NCBI GenBank assembly: GCA_964016885.1
Contig: OZ024741.1
Coordinates: 379,316,001-379,380,000, forward strand
DNA length: 64,000 bases
Reading direction: 5' to 3'
Source: Eledone cirrhosa
Taxonomy: Eukaryota
In this document: piece by piece, positions 24,564 through 40,889 of the stretch
How the letters are laid out: each line of letters begins with the position of its first letter
How positions within the stretch are numbered: the stretch's first letter is position 1
The notes under the pieces: generated by a model
The model's database searches: none
What the model saw: only the letters and a program-made list of their open reading frames with translations
What the model was told of the DNA's origin: nothing
Translations under genes and position numbers: made by a program

Positions 24564-26785
24564 GTGTGTGTGTGTGTAGGAAAATGATTCCTTTAGTAGG
24601 AATATTTTGGAATGAACATATTTTCCATACTTATTCGTATTTGTTCTGTTGTATTGTCAGTGCAAACGTATGTTAAGGTTTATTTAGTTCGGGTTTTTTA
24701 TTTTCTAAAGTAGAAGGTGTTATGTGTGTGTGTATGTCATATTATGGTGTTGACATAATGTATATTAAACCATATTTAATGCTGGTCTATATTTTTGAAT
24801 AAACATATTTTCCTTATTTATTCGTATTTGTTCTGTTGTATTGTTAGCGCAAAGGTAAAATGTGAGGACTTGGAATTTGGGTGTCTTATTACTTGCGCAA
24901 ATGTCTAGATGTGCGCTTAGTGGTATGTGTCTCGTGGTCGGATCTCGTAATTGTTGGCGATGAACTGTCGTTCTGTTTCTGAGTGTGAGTTTAGTTTCTC
25001 CTATATAAACTTCATTGCACCCTTTACATTTAATGGCATGAACTAGATTTTTTAATGTGCAAGTGAAGTGATTTTTTACAGTAAAATATTGTCCTAATTA
25101 AAATGTATACGTGTTGCCTTCAATGAGGTGAGTGCAGGTTCCACAATTAGAGCGACCACATTTTTTGATACTTGGTTGTGGGTTTGTAGTAAGTAATTTG
25201 GCATCGGAGAGTAATGTTTTCAGTGATTTCGGTTGTCTTTTGCTTTTGATTATTTTGTGTGTTTCAAGGGCTTTTTTCATTCTTGGGTTTTGTTTTAGTA
25301 GTGGGATGTTCTTGTGAATAGTGTTGTAAGCTTCCGCATTTCTTGGGTTGTGTGTTGAGATATATGATAGAATATTGGACGTACCTTGAATTTGTTTCTG
25401 TTTTCGTAATTCATCAATGCCTATTGCTTTAGCCCTTTCTATTCCATTATTTATTAGTAATAGTGTGTACTCTCGCTCGAGTAGAATTTCCTTTAATTCT
25501 TGAAGTCTTTTATTTCGCGTTTCATAATTGGAGACAATTGTGCAAATTCTTCTTGCTAGGTTAAAAGGAATGTTCGTCTTCGTGTGCTTTGGATGGTTGG
25601 AGGTGAATAGCAGATATTGTTTGGAATCTGTTGGTTTGTAGTGTATGTCTGTTTCGATATTTGTGTCTTTTTTTAAGTTTAAGTTATCCAGAAATAGGAG
25701 TTGTCGTTGGCTGTATTACATTGTGAATTGGATGTCGTTATTGATGCCGTTTATTAAGTTTTTGAAATCCTTCAGTTGGTCGAGTGTGTTGGACCAAAGA
25801 ATGAGACAATCATCCAAGTAGCGTTTCCAATTCACTGATAAATATTTGAGGAAGTTCAATCCGTATTTTGATTTGGACTGTTCATATATCTGGACTTCTA
25901 AGTATGCCATGACTAAGTTGGTATAAGTTGGAGTGGCTTTTGTACCCATCGCAGTCCCCGATATTTGCTTCTAAGTATTGCCATCGAAATCAAAAAAGTT
26001 GTTCTGTGAGATAAATTTTAATCCCTCGGTGATGAAGCTTTTTTCTATTCTGTTTAGGTATCTCATTGGGATATTTCTCTAGCCAGAATCCTATTGCTTC
26101 TAGTCCGTATTGGTGTGGGATCGTTGTGTAGAGATTCACTACATCGACAGACACAATAATAGTGTCGTTGTAGACATGTTTGGGGAGGTGGTTTAAGAGG
26201 TCCAGATCGTCTCTTACAAGGTTTGGTATGTGTTTGAGAATTGGTTTCAGTAGTATGTCTATAAAGTTGCTCAGTCTGTGTGTTTCACATTGTGGGCCCG
26301 CTACAATTGGTCTTAATTTTTCTCTATGGGAGTATTGTGTGTTCACGCAGGCTGACACGGATTGTTTACAGCATCGTTAATTATTTTACACTTGTGGATC
26401 TTCGGAAGTCCGTAAAGGTTGCTGGTTTTGTATTCAAAATTTGGTAAATAATCGCGTCCCTTTTTAGTTAAGTCTTCCTGGTATCGATAAATCAGTGTGT
26501 TTAATGTGGTCACTGTTTTTGATTGCTGGTAGTTTTTTACTCTTTCATAGTAATTAGTATTTTGTAAGAGAGAGAACATAGAATTTTTATATTTTTCTCA
26601 TCTCTAGCTTAAAGTAACATTCAGAGACCAACCAAATGGGAGAAAAACCACAGACCCTCCATCTCAACTCTACTTTTGAAAAGCTGAAGAACTGCGAAAC
26701 CGGTAAAGGAACCAAATAAATATATATATTTTTTTTAAAAATAAGACTCCAGTTGCATTTTCGATTTCATCTTTTTTTCTTTATA
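23281..26785 (-). mobile_element. Neptune-type PLE, 5'-truncated, with inverted pLTR at the truncation
   Basis: 23341-23515 is an inverted repeat of about 26610-26785. (TA)n flanks. U3-A8 HHRs at 23418-23455 (-) and 26672-26709 (+). Confidence 0.87.
24765..26580 (-). pseudogene. Neptune-type PLE RT + GIY-YIG ORF (partial, disrupted)
   Basis: LYGLPKIHK, LRPIVAGP, DVVNLYTTIPH, MGTKATPTYTNL, WKRYLDDC, YKPTDSKQYL, CGRSNCGTC zinc knuckle and a YIGET..L..R GIY-YIG motif. Confidence 0.87.
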
Positions 26786-26809
26786 TATATATATATATAT
26801 ATATATATT

Positions 26810-27935
26810 CTAAGACGGGTAAAATTCCCGAGATCCATGGACGAGTTCTCTCCAGCGGTCTCTGTCCTTCATTATCGATGCCATGTCCTGCGTCTCCAAC
26901 AGACCAGTGTCTGCCCTTAGGGCATCAACATACGTTAACCTTGGTCTTCCTCTTCTAGTGTGTCCATGTAGGGGCTCCCAAAGGAGCACTGCGTGCAATA
27001 TCAACTCTGGATGTCGATGAGCATCTCCAGCTAACCTCAGTCTCCTCTGTGTCACTTTTGACCTGCCTTTTGGGATGCTCCCATACACCCTCTGAGATGT
27101 TCATCCTCAGTGTATACTGATTAATGTTCAGAGCCATCCTCAGCATTCTCGTGTAGCACCCATCCACCATCTGAGTGAGTCTATTGGTCAGTGTCCAAGT
27201 CTCAGACCCATACAGCAGCACAGACTCCACTACAGCAATGAAAAGGTGGATTTTCAGGTATTTACGAACGTCCGATTCCCACACCGATCTCAAGCTGTGA
27301 CACGCCGCCCAGGCTTTGCTCTTCCTCTCAACCACATCTTCTTCCGCATTCCCAATCTTTGCTCCAAAATACAGGAAGCCCTCAACCAATTCTAGCGGCT
27401 TCCCGCCTAAATTAGTGATCCCCTCTGGCTTCTCAACATTCTCTACCAGATATTTTGTTTTAGTCTCATTCATTCATAGCCCCACACTCATCGTCAAAGT
27501 CTCACACTCGCGCCTCAAATCCTCTGCCTCCTTCACTGTATTTGTCACGAAACTAATGTCGTCGGCAAATTCAGCATCCGATACCTTTTTCGCCCTAACT
27601 CTCCTGCTCTGAGCCGGTGCTACAGTAAAGCCAGAGTCCTGGTGTTTCTCCAGTGCAAGGAGCATACAATAGTCAACTACAATGATAACAAGGTATGGAG
27701 CCAATGTATCTCCCTGGAGCACTCCAGCCAGTATCTCAAAGAACTCTGTGATCCCATCAGGTGTAATGACTTGGGCTTTGGTGTTGGTGTAGAGCAATGA
27801 TATCAGGTCCAGTATCTTCTTGGGGATTCCATAAGCCTGTGAGATCTTCATCAGGCAGTAAGGGTCCACAGAATCAAAGGCCTTCCTAAAGTCAATGAAA
27901 ACCATGACCGCAGGAAGGCACCACATTTCCCTCGT
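26810..27935 (-). pseudogene. 5'-truncated RTE-clade LINE reverse transcriptase
   Basis: VFIDFRKAFDSV, GVLQGDTLAPYL, FADDI, VESVLLYGSETWTL, RRLRLAG..RH, LLWEP.HG...RGRP. One internal stop and one frameshift. The 3' end abuts (TA)n. Confidence 0.88.
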
Positions 27936-27950
27936 TATATATATATATAT

Positions 27951-28220
27951 ATAACGAAGGAAATGTGGTAAGAACCAGGTGGACCATAACGGACCAAAGT
28001 ACTCAATACTTAGGGTAGTAGAGTGGGTAATAGGAACAAGTAGGACCCGGACGGCTGATCTCAAGCCGTTTCGACGGCTAATTCTGGACTCAATTAGCCG
28101 TCGAAACGGCTTGAGCTCAGCCGTCGGGGTCCTACTCGTTCCTATTACCCACTTTACTACCCTATGTATTGAGTACTTTTTGCGTTATGGCCCAACGAGT
28201 TCCTTACCACATTCCCTTCG

Positions 28221-28223
<3 letters not shown>
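27951..28223. mobile_element. About 270-bp palindromic (foldback) element centred on an HHR stem II; related copies 42383-42590 and 54975-55080
   Basis: Arms are reverse complements about the centre at 28087. Each arm has GAAA-cggc..gccg-TC-(g/c)ggg. Confidence 0.8.
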
Positions 28224-28259
<36 letters not shown>

Positions 28260-28796
28260 CCATTTCTCTTAGGAACTGGAATCATATGATTCCAGTTCCT
28301 AAGAGGAATAAAAACACTATCAGGAGCTGGAAATATCGATGGTTTGACGGATTAAAACACACTTCAACAACATGTCTTTCCCACACAAATTCGGACCGCC
28401 TGAAGAGGCCACAGCCAATGATGGCTGTCACCGAAATATATATAGCAGTATATCTATAATTTGTAATAAACGAAGCCAAATTTTCCATATTTGACATAAT
28501 TATTTTATATTAATCCGCAGTAAACAAACCAACCAGCGTACTTCGTCGAGTGCTCCAATTTGCATACTGAGGTGCCACTAAACAACCAACATATACTCAA
28601 AATGTGTATATATATATATATATATATAAAATTATAAAACTGAGTTTCGTGTGTATGTATTATGTATGTATGTATCCTACACACCTCCCTATAGTTTCTT
28701 ACCTTTACTCTCTCCATCGCACTTCCCTCTCACTATAATATATCATTTTCCCTCTCTATAATTTAACTACGTTACTCTCTCTGTCGCTCTTCACTA

Positions 28797-30420
<1,624 letters not shown>

Positions 30421-30435
30421 TTATATATATATATA

Positions 30436-31653
30436 TGAAAATAAAGATCCGAAGGCATGGTATAAATGTCCTATCATTTTAGTCACGACACATGTTTCAA
30501 TAAGAGATATATCGATCGTGTAGCCATGATCGATTATCACTGATCTCGTCAGGGGAAAATGAATTGTCTTCAAATCATTGATATGGGGGAGAAAATTAAC
30601 GATGTTCACTCACAGAATTTAGTCCCTCATATGAAGATCAAGCAGTCAGAACACAGCGACTGCTATCGTTTTCAGTTAGGGTCATAAAACTATTAATCTC
30701 TCAATAGCTGTAAAAGGCGCTGGACATCACATCTGTAGAATTACAGTCGGTCACAGTTAATGTGTGTGGGTACACACACACTCACACACACCGACGCGAG
30801 CTCAAAAAAAGATATATACACATACCAACATAGCATCAGATCTGTAGAACTATAGACAGTCACAGGTAGTGTGAGTGAGGACACACACACTCAAACACAC
30901 CGATGCAAGGTCAAAGAAAAAATATAAATATACCAACATAGTATGCACCGAAAGATAGTTTACAAAACAACAAATGTTAGACCAATATAAAATTTTTTTG
31001 TTTTGTAAACTAACTTTCGGTAAATACTATGATGGTATATTTATATTTTTTCTTTGACCTTGCGTCGGCGTGTGTGTGTACTCACTCACACTAACTGAGA
31101 CGTCTGTATTTGTACAGATTTGATGCTATGTTGGTATATGTATATATATCTTTTCTTTGAGCTCGCGTCGGTGTGTGTGAGTGTGTGTACCCACACACAT
31201 TAACTGTGACCGACTGTAATTCTACAGATTTGATGTCCAGCGCCTTTTACAGCTATTGAGAGATTAATAGTTTTATGACCCTAACCGAAGACGATAGCAG
31301 TCGCTATGTTCTGACTGCTTGATCTTCATATGAGGGACTAAATTCTGTGAGTGAACATCGTTAATTTTCTCCCCCATATCAAGGATTTGAAGACAATTCA
31401 TTTTCACCTGACGAGATCTGTGATAATCGATCATGGCTACACGATCTATCTGTCTCTTATTGAAACATGTGTCATGATTAACATGATTGGACATTTATAG
31501 CATGCCTTCGGATTTTATTTTGATACAAATACTCCGTTATACATCATCTAGCTGTTCCCATAAATGAAATTGGAGATATACAAAACCGTGGAGAACTTAA
31601 TATTGTTGACAAAATTTATTAAACCGTATGACACAACCAATAATACACCTTAC
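30436..31653. mobile_element. pLTR-only foldback related to the 4139-9528 Naiad family
   Basis: Arms are inverted about 30985 and homologous to 4139-4700 and 8400-8830. HHR at 31404-31477 (+) reads tcac-CTGACGA..GAAA-catgtg-TC-atga, with a minus-strand copy at about 30483-30556. Confidence 0.85.
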
Positions 31654-31674
31654 TATATATATATATATATATCC

Positions 31675-32200
31675 TAGCCGAATTGCCCGCGCCTTGCTGC
31701 TTTTCACACATTTTTTGGTAACAAAGTGATGATTGATTTTAAATCTTATATAATTTATGGACAAACCTCTGCATGTCAATAGTATTCAATGTAAAATGTA
31801 ATGCATGAAAAATTGGAAAACATTATTTTTTGTAACATCTTATTCTTATTCTTATTCTCACTTTGTTTCTTGTAAATAGATTTTTTTCAAAATATAAATT
31901 CAAAACTTTAATCCCCATTAGGGTGTCCTAATGTTATTGAAATCTGCTGAAATTTTGTGAATTGGCATCATATCCTGTCCTTTACGTATGTTTTAAATTT
32001 CGTATATATCGAAGGGAAAAACTTTCAGCGGGACTTTGTGCCCCCTGGGAACCCTTTGATTAAAATGAAATATACTTTTCCAAGTACCCTGTGCACTGTA
32101 GTTTCAGAATATATATGGTTATTGGGGTCAATACCCCAAACCATAGGAGTAGTTCGTGAACAAAAAACAAACAAATAGACAGGAATAGAACATTATATAT
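31675..32200 (-). mobile_element. Probable non-autonomous Helitron (Lep1/DINE-like architecture)
   Basis: One end is CTAGCCGAATTGCCCGCGCC, a GC-rich stretch next to CTAG. The other end has an (ACAA/AGAC) microsatellite and TTATATA. Confidence 0.45.
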
Positions 32201-33490
32201 ATATGGGATGTATCGCTGTGCATGCAGGTTTATCTCTGTATGTTGGTTCACAATATTTGGCTCATTAACTTCTCTCTGAAATTTGAAGCTAATTCCCACA
32301 CAGACTTCACTGCCGTTACATTTCATTTCCTTCATTCCAATTCACTAATTCTATGTGTTTTTATATCATGTGTCGATGGGTCGCATTAGATATTAGTTTT
32401 TGGTCATATGTGATAAATGTTCCTCATTTGAAGAGAGGCATCTGCCAAAGAACCTTTTATTTTCAGCAATGTTCAGTCGCCCTTTCGTATATTCACATTT
32501 CCTTCAGACCTCAAAGTTAATATATTCTACGTTTATATGATGATTGCTTTGCTATTGAGATTGACATCAACTGAGCCAAATAATTCATTTTGCAAGTGAC
32601 AATGGTGAGGTTCATATAATTGATATTTTCCTTAATAAAGTCTCTTAAAACGTTTCTTAATTGGAAAGCTTTTTACGATTCTCAAATTAAGTAATATTAT
32701 AGACAGCATAAAATGGTATACTAAATGAGGGAGAACTCCGGAATCTTACTGTACATTCTTTTAGCCTGCATCTAATGTGGAAACCGTATAATAATGCTGA
32801 ACATGAAGCATTTCTAAACTCAATTATTTTATTTAAACATAGAATAATAATTTAGAAATATAGAGAATTTTCTGAAGTACCAGGGCAGCTGTGTAAATGT
32901 CATGGTATTTTCACCGAATATTTTTGTTTTGAGACCGAATTCTTGTATGGTCACATATATTTATTTGTTTGTACGTCGATAAAGGACGTACCACTCTAGT
33001 GTGCTGAACTGGGAGAACAGCTAAGTTAGTGGATGAGATGCCATGTAGTCTGGCATTTTCTATTCCGATTCTACATCCCCCCCTTGGCTTCCCACAAAAT
33101 ATGAAATGAATCAGAACAATATGACATTACCCTAATTAACAGTGGACAGCATTAAAACATACAAGTTTATTCAACCTACAGGGAAACCAATACATACGCA
33201 TGGAACATTATCAATCTGAAGCAAGAATCAAATCCATGGATAAATTATAAACAACCACTAGGTATTAAAAATCAATACGAGATTTTAAATATCAGACATA
33301 TAATTGGTCATTTTCTTCCGAACGTCTTTTTATCTTTGGCTCCTACCTAACATATCACTTGCAATATTTCTCCTCATTGTATCCTATTTTATTCCACATT
33401 TGGAGAGGGATGGACTCATCCAGGTTTAAAAGTGTCCTAGATGTGCCGTATGTCTCCCTCAGGAGTTACATGACTGTGCCCTATATATAT

Positions 33491-33522
<32 letters not shown>

Positions 33523-35289
33523 GCGTGTGTGTGTGTGCGTGTGTGTTTGTGCGTGTGTGTGTATATAAATTTATATATATATAAATAGAAGTTTAATAAA
33601 ATCGAAGCTTTATCTATAGCCAAGCCAACGAGATATAATGAGGATATACGAAGCCAAGTACTACATGAGGAATCTCAGAGTAATAACATTCGTTCGATGG
33701 CATGCCAAACTGAAAACTCTGGCAGGTAGGCTGAGCCACGACACCGAAGTAACGAGAAAACGAACAGGTTAATAAAACAAACCTGGACCGTCTCGGAGGC
33801 AGATCATCGTTTCTCCGATAGGTTTCTATGAATACCACATCAACAATTTTACTTGCTCACGTATGTATGTTTTTGGTGTTTGAAGACCGAACTGAGGATT
33901 CATATTATCAACAGGTTTCCGTCCTGTGCCTTGACCCGGTGTGATATGTAGTAGTAAGCCACTGTAGTTAGCAGTGGCTCATGCCTCAACTATCACGTGC
34001 TTTTTCCCGCGGTTTTTTGGCGGGCAAATTCAAAATGTGGACAAGGGAATTGTGTTCCCTGCACAAAGCGAATAAGAAGCTCTCGACCAGGCGTTATGAA
34101 ACAAACATAAATAATTAATCAATCATTGCAATTGTCTAATTAAATTGATTAAGTAATTATTAGGCCTAATATATATATAAATGGAGTTAACGTGCTGCTG
34201 CTGTAGGTTTCCTCTCATTACCACACCAGAGGTCCGACAAGCTTTTGATTCTGAGAGATTAATCCGAAACATTAGACAAAATATAACTTTTTCCGTTCAT
34301 ACATGAAAGATATGTGTACTAATATATTTTACAATATTGATATTTCAGAAAACACAATTGAAAAGGTTCATTGTGGATCATAAGTGAAACAAACTGATAA
34401 TCTAAGATACTATAAATCCATTATTGAAGCAAAGGAACATAGTGACCCCACATTATATGACACAAGTAATACGTTCAAAAGCCACTCTTTGATTAATTGC
34501 CCCAAACAACAAACGTCTGTAAATTCCACATGTTCCTTTAGCCGCACATACGTTTCCGAAAACAAATACTATGATCGATTGAAGACAGAGAAATGGTTTG
34601 GAAATTTATGAAATTTAAAACAGAATATATTTTCGTATTTCAAATAATTAACGATATATCAAAGTAGCTCTTTGGTAAATGAATCATGTAATACTGATTG
34701 ATAGAAGAATACTTTGACTTGTAACTCGACTCAATGTAAAAACAAAGTAAAAAATACAAAGTTATTTAAATGCTATTATTAGAATACGGTAACATCTCAT
34801 TGTTAATTTAATATACTGTAAAGATCGGCATATCATTGATAAATTGCTGCATAACTTTATAGTAGACATATTTGCGGTAGCAGTAAATCCAAACTATATA
34901 CATAAAATCATTTATCATTAGAAGTTGAAGATATAATACACTTTGCATTATAGAACTAATTGAGGTAAGTTGTCAATATTTCAACAATATTATTAATCAT
35001 AGGTCGTATGCCTATAATGGTTTGAAGATAATGTTTTCAATAAAAGCTGCAGCTTTATTAATTTTCTTGATTTTTCTTCAGATTATTTTAATGGTGTATT
35101 GCTTAATAGTATGCACTCTGAACACTCGAGAATCAATGCTGGTCAGACATATATAAGACATCGTATGCTGCATGAATAAAGTAAAAGGGTCCCCAGCAAC
35201 AGGCGTGGCCAAGATTATTCGTTCTGCCTATTAAGATGAAGCTCTTACTGTCTGTATCTGCCAGCGATTGTTTAAATAATATCGATCAG

Positions 35290-35745
35290 GAAATGTGTCC
35301 CCTAGTAATATCGATCAGGAAATTCAATCAGGGTAAACAATAACTCTCAATGTCTACCTTTTACGGAATGTGATGGTATAAAAGCTCATACAACTTGCAC
35401 AAGAATTGACAGCAGTGTTGTTCAATACATGTCACAGGACTATTGTAAATCACCTGCATGAACGGGGAACGGTGCCTAAATTTGGCCACTTGGTGCCATA
35501 TAATGTGACTGTTACTCAACTCGATCAATAAGTTTCCCTTTGCTCTTCATTATAGAGTAGGCTTGTTAATGACACCTTTCTGGTCAGAATAATAACAAGT
35601 AATTAAACGTGAGTACGGTACTGTGATAGCTTAATGTAATGACAATGTTTATCCCCAAATTAAAAAGGGGTAACAACGCCCAAACCTAGAATACTCCCAG
35701 AAATATTTATGTTCTGTGTCTGGTGGAATATGAAGGAATTTCCAT
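35290..35745 (+). pseudogene. Mariner (DD34D) transposase fossil
   Basis: Translates as TIVNHLHERG..KFGHLVPYNV (WVPHEL-like), FLVRIITSN*T* (FL.RIITGDEKW-like) and PKPRI.P...MFCVWWNMK. Multiple stops. Confidence 0.75.
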
Positions 35746-38361
35746 ACAACCTAATATATTCTTCTTATGTTTTGGTGAGTATTTCAGCATTACAATGATA
35801 TATTAACTGTTTTAGAAGTTTGCCTTTTGTACGATTATTTTTAGTGTCTTGGCTAATAATGTATCCAAGTATCCTATAAGATGATCAGCTGATCAGCCCC
35901 TTCCGATTCATCGTGCATATTTCAGTAACCTTTTATGACAATCATAACTCTAAATATGTTTCATTACTTAGCATTTAATTTTAGCTGCAGATTTTAAACT
36001 CTCTAGTATTACAACATCACCTCGTTTTATATATATATTACGACATACAAAACTTAATGGGAAACTAGTTACGGGTTAAGTCTCTGAAAATGTAAGGGAG
36101 TTAATATTCCATGAACCTAATGAAAAAAAAAATGAATAGCAAAAAGCATATAAAGCATTCATTCCATTCATACCATTTGATCGATCTAAACATTTTGTTT
36201 AATTGTACCTTCCGTGATTAATTGTTTTCATTTATTATCCATGTAGATTTCACGAAGATGTTATAGAATCAATATATTTCCTGAACCAATAATTTTCTAT
36301 ACATTATATGCAGTGTAGAGATTAAAAATTGTATATACACAATCCGTTACACTGAGTATTAATATATTTATGAATCCATTTCGTTATTTATCTACTAAAC
36401 TACATGTGCTCATTCATAACAACAATACCAGAACATCTTCTGGTGTATTCTGTATGTGGAAGATCGGTAGAATTGTGGATTTCTTCGGGCTTTCTTTATC
36501 AAAATGTGTTTAATTTAAGATACCAGATTGTTAAACATGACAAATATTCAAAAAAAGCTGACCCCTTGCAGTAAAAGATTACAGCTAATTAAAAATAGAT
36601 TTTAGTCAGTTTGTTGGTTGGTTCCTTCGTGTTAGTTGGTTCCTTCGTATTATCTTATATATTAATTTTTACAATAACTTAAATGTCAGTTTCTATTTGA
36701 TTATGCTAGTCAATATTTTTTCTCTTAATATTACTTTGCGAATCAACCGAGTTTAATATCATTTAAAAAATAACAGATAAACTCCAGTAAGATATTAACA
36801 TATATATTTTAATATAAAATCATAGACGACCTTCTGATAGTACTTTTTAATACATTGGATTTAGATATAATAAGTATATTCGATTTTAACTTGAAATTAC
36901 ATATGCAAATTCCATTTCATATCAACTTTTCTCAAAAAGATAATGCATTTTGAGATGTTTTTCGGGTATAGTATCTCATGTAATTTATTTATACAGATGT
37001 ATATAATTTATGGCTATTTACTAATATTTAGGGAGACATGTATAAGTGCTGAACGTTAGCTTAAGGAGTGAACGATATTTTTTGTTTCTCGCTCCACTGG
37101 ACCGATCATACATAATATAGTTCTATCAGAGACACAGCACGCAATGGCCGTATTAATTTGGATCTTAGGACCACGTGAAGAAAAGATACGCTATACTGTA
37201 TATAATTGTTCATAATAAATGTGGTTTATGTTAGTATGTACACCTCATTATGTTTTTTTAAATAATTGTCTCATGTTATAGATATTGATTATGTGATGGT
37301 CTAAACCAACGTGATATGAGAAAAGAAGATTCAGTCCCTTTTCAAAATGATGTATCCAATAGACTCGCTAATGAAATGTTTTATGAAATGTTTTATGTCT
37401 CTGCATATGCTACCTCTCATGACTATACACTCAAGATATCATAAATCTACATTTTTCAGATTGAGATTAAAGTGCCTTTTGCCCCTTGACTATGTAGTTT
37501 TGTGAACTTCTGTGTAACTAAATTATTGAAAAAATATTAGCAGAATGGACATTCCTGGAAATTATCTTTTAATCAATTGTTATTGCATATAGCAGATTTA
37601 CTAAATATATTGAACAAACTAAAATGTCGCAAAAAGACATACATATCGTTCCCGAAGTAAAAAGTAAAACGATCTAAGAGTAGATATTAATATTATATAA
37701 AATGGAACTACGTAATATTTATATCAAAACTTTCATTTTTTAATTAAAATGTTTAATAATTAAAATTACTCATTTTGGGAAGAGAGCAGCACTCAGCTAA
37801 TGTAATTAATTATAAAGGCTTGAAGAGTTAATTAAAATTGTTCTAAATATTGAAATTGCTTATTTTTTGGTCATTATTTAATTAAAAATAAACAGCAGAA
37901 TTGCCCAACAGAAAAGGAAAATGAAGAAAACCTTTCTTCTATCTGCGGCAATAACTTTTGTCCTGAACTATAATAATCTGAAATAACTCATAATATGAAA
38001 AATCATCAACTTTCCTTTAATTTATTTATGAAAAGTTTAACTACCATTTGCGAACAATTTCCTTCTATGATACATTATCATTACTCATCTCTTGTGCATT
38101 GCTTCTCATTATTATGAATGAGCATCCTAGAGTTAATTAAAACACAAATGCTTTTCCGATATACATTTGTAGTATTAGAAAAAAACATCTCTGTAGAAAA
38201 CAGTAACATAAAAAATTAGATTGTGAAATGAATTCATCGTTTATAAATTGTATATATAGGCATATGTTGGTCAAGTATATTATCCGAAATATCCTTAATT
38301 TATCAATCTATTAATATGGCATATATTCGATACAGATTTTATGCAATAATATATATATATA

Positions 38362-38888
38362 TTGGTAAACGGTATAGCAAATGCTGACAAATTGTTCAAA
38401 GTGAAAAACAGTTTAATTACGAGTAAGTGAGAATTAGTCATTGTATTGGTTAGTATTCAGTTTTGGTTTTAAGTTTTACCGGTTGCGCATTTCTAATGCT
38501 CTTCAAAAATACTTTTGAGATAGAGCGTCCGTGATGTTTGCTCTGATCAGATTAGTTTTGGGAATTCTACCTGTTTTTATGTTAAAAAAGTGGCTCCAGC
38601 GTTATTAAAATAGGTTTTGCGCCAATTCGTGTTGCAAAAATTATTGTGGCCAAAACAATTTTGATTGGTCGGTAGAGGTCATGTGAATGTAAAAAATTGA
38701 TTTTGCGCCAAATGTAGGTTTGTGTCGGCTGACTGAGAAATGACTCTTTCACAACAAATATGTGTGTCTGTGTGTGTGTGTGTTTGTGTGTGTGTGTAGT
38801 AGTAGTAAAGTGTTCGTTGTTGTGATAATGGTTAGCAGGGATGTGTATGCGAACCGCAGCCTGTTGACAGTTCAAATGCCTATTAAGA

Positions 38889-38947
<59 letters not shown>

Positions 38948-39059
38948 CAGAGTAATTCTTGGTAGAGGAATGGTCAGTAGGAATGTGTCTGTAAGTGAGT
39001 GGGGGATATTTTAACATGTTAAAAATATTTTTCAGCTCTTGTCTTATACGGAGAAGTGT

Positions 39060-39121
<62 letters not shown>

Positions 39122-39150
39122 CTCTTTGTATGTTAATGTACGTGTGTGTA

Positions 39151-39188
<38 letters not shown>

Positions 39189-39322
39189 AGAATGTGTGTG
39201 TGTGTGGGTGGACCAGTATTATTTTCCTGGTAAAATGGTGTACATTATTCGATATTTTCAGTAAAATCGATTGTCTCAATAGAACATCAAAAACCTTAAT
39301 AATAAAAGGTGTGAAATGATAT

Positions 39323-39361
<39 letters not shown>

Positions 39362-40255
39362 CTGTTGCACCATAGAACATGTGTGTTTACGTATGTCGTG
39401 TTTATATGTGGGTAGAGATGTGTGCTGATGTAGGTATGTATGTTGACGTGTGTACGTTGTGGGTTCGTCTTAGGGAGAAGTGTTTAGACGGGGTCCGTAT
39501 TTGTTAATAAAGTAAGATTCCTTGCTGATGCGCTGGGTGTGGGTGGCATTATCTTTAAATTTGTAGAGTGGAAAGATTCTGAAGTTGGGATGATTTTGGA
39601 CGGCACAGGTATCAATGTATTCACTCAGTGGTATTTTCCTGTATTCCCGTATTTTAATTTGGGATCTATGCACAGTCATGCGTTGGCGGAGGCTGTGTTT
39701 GGTCTGGCCTATGTATTGTTCTCGACAACCTGAGCAAGTTAATACATATATTAGATTTCCGATGCACATGTGAAATTGTGTTTTACTATAAAACGTCGTC
39801 CTTCTTTGAAATAGAATTCCCAACCCTCAATTAGGTTGATGCAAATTCCACAGTTGGGTCTATCGCATTTTTTTACTGTGGCTTTCGTTGTTGTGGTTGG
39901 CAGTACTTTGTCATGTGTTAGGATGTTTTTCATTGACTTAGATTGTATTTTGCTCTTTATGATATCGTGTGTTCGTAGGATTTGGTTCATTCTATGATCC
40001 TTTTACAACACAGGAATATTCTGGAGGATGGTGTCAAAGGCCTCATTGTTGAGGTGGTTGTGTGTGGAGATGTATGGAAGAGCTTTTAGTTTCGGTTCAT
40101 TTACTTTAGGGTGTCTAAGGTCCTGTCTAAGGTACACATACACACTTCTCCGTATAAGACAAGAGCTGAAAAATATCTTTTAACATGTTAAAATATTCCC
40201 CACTCACTTACCAGACACATTCCTACTGACCATCCCTCTACCACGAATTACACTG

Positions 40256-40326
<71 letters not shown>

Positions 40327-40828
40327 TCTTAGTAGGCATTTGAACTGTCAACAGGCTGCGGTTCGCACACACATCCCTGCTAACCATTATCACAACAACG
40401 AACACATTATTACTACTACACACACACATATTTGTTGTGAAAGAGTCATTTCTCAGTCAGCCGACACAAACCTACATTTGGCGCAAAATCAATTTTTTAC
40501 ATTCACAAGACCTCTACCGACCAATCAAAATTGTTTTGACCACATGAATTTTTGCAACACAAATTGGCGCAAAACCTATTTTAATACCGCTGGAGTCACT
40601 TTTTTAACATAAAAACAGGTAGAATTCCCAATACTAATCAGATCAGAGCAAACATCACGGACGCTCTATCTCAAAATTATTTTTGAAAAGCATTAGAAAT
40701 GCGCAACCGGTCATATTTAAAACCAAAACTGAATACTAACCAATACAATTACTAATTCTCACTTATTCCTAATTAAACTATTTTTCACTGTGAACAATTT
40801 GTCATAATTTTCTATTCCATTTACCAAT
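38362..40828 (-). mobile_element. Neptune-type PLE 3' fragment (GIY-YIG region 39470-40130) with about 700-bp inverted terminal arms
   Basis: 38362-39065 is the reverse complement of 40134-40828. Motifs CDRPNCGIC and LIYVLTCSGCREQYIGQT..LRQRM..HR. Variant HHRs at 38474-38510 (-) and 40679-40716 (+). Confidence 0.88.
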
Positions 40829-40889
40829 ATATAATAACTTGTGTGTTACACCTCTATTCTTTCATATATATTTATATATATATATATAA

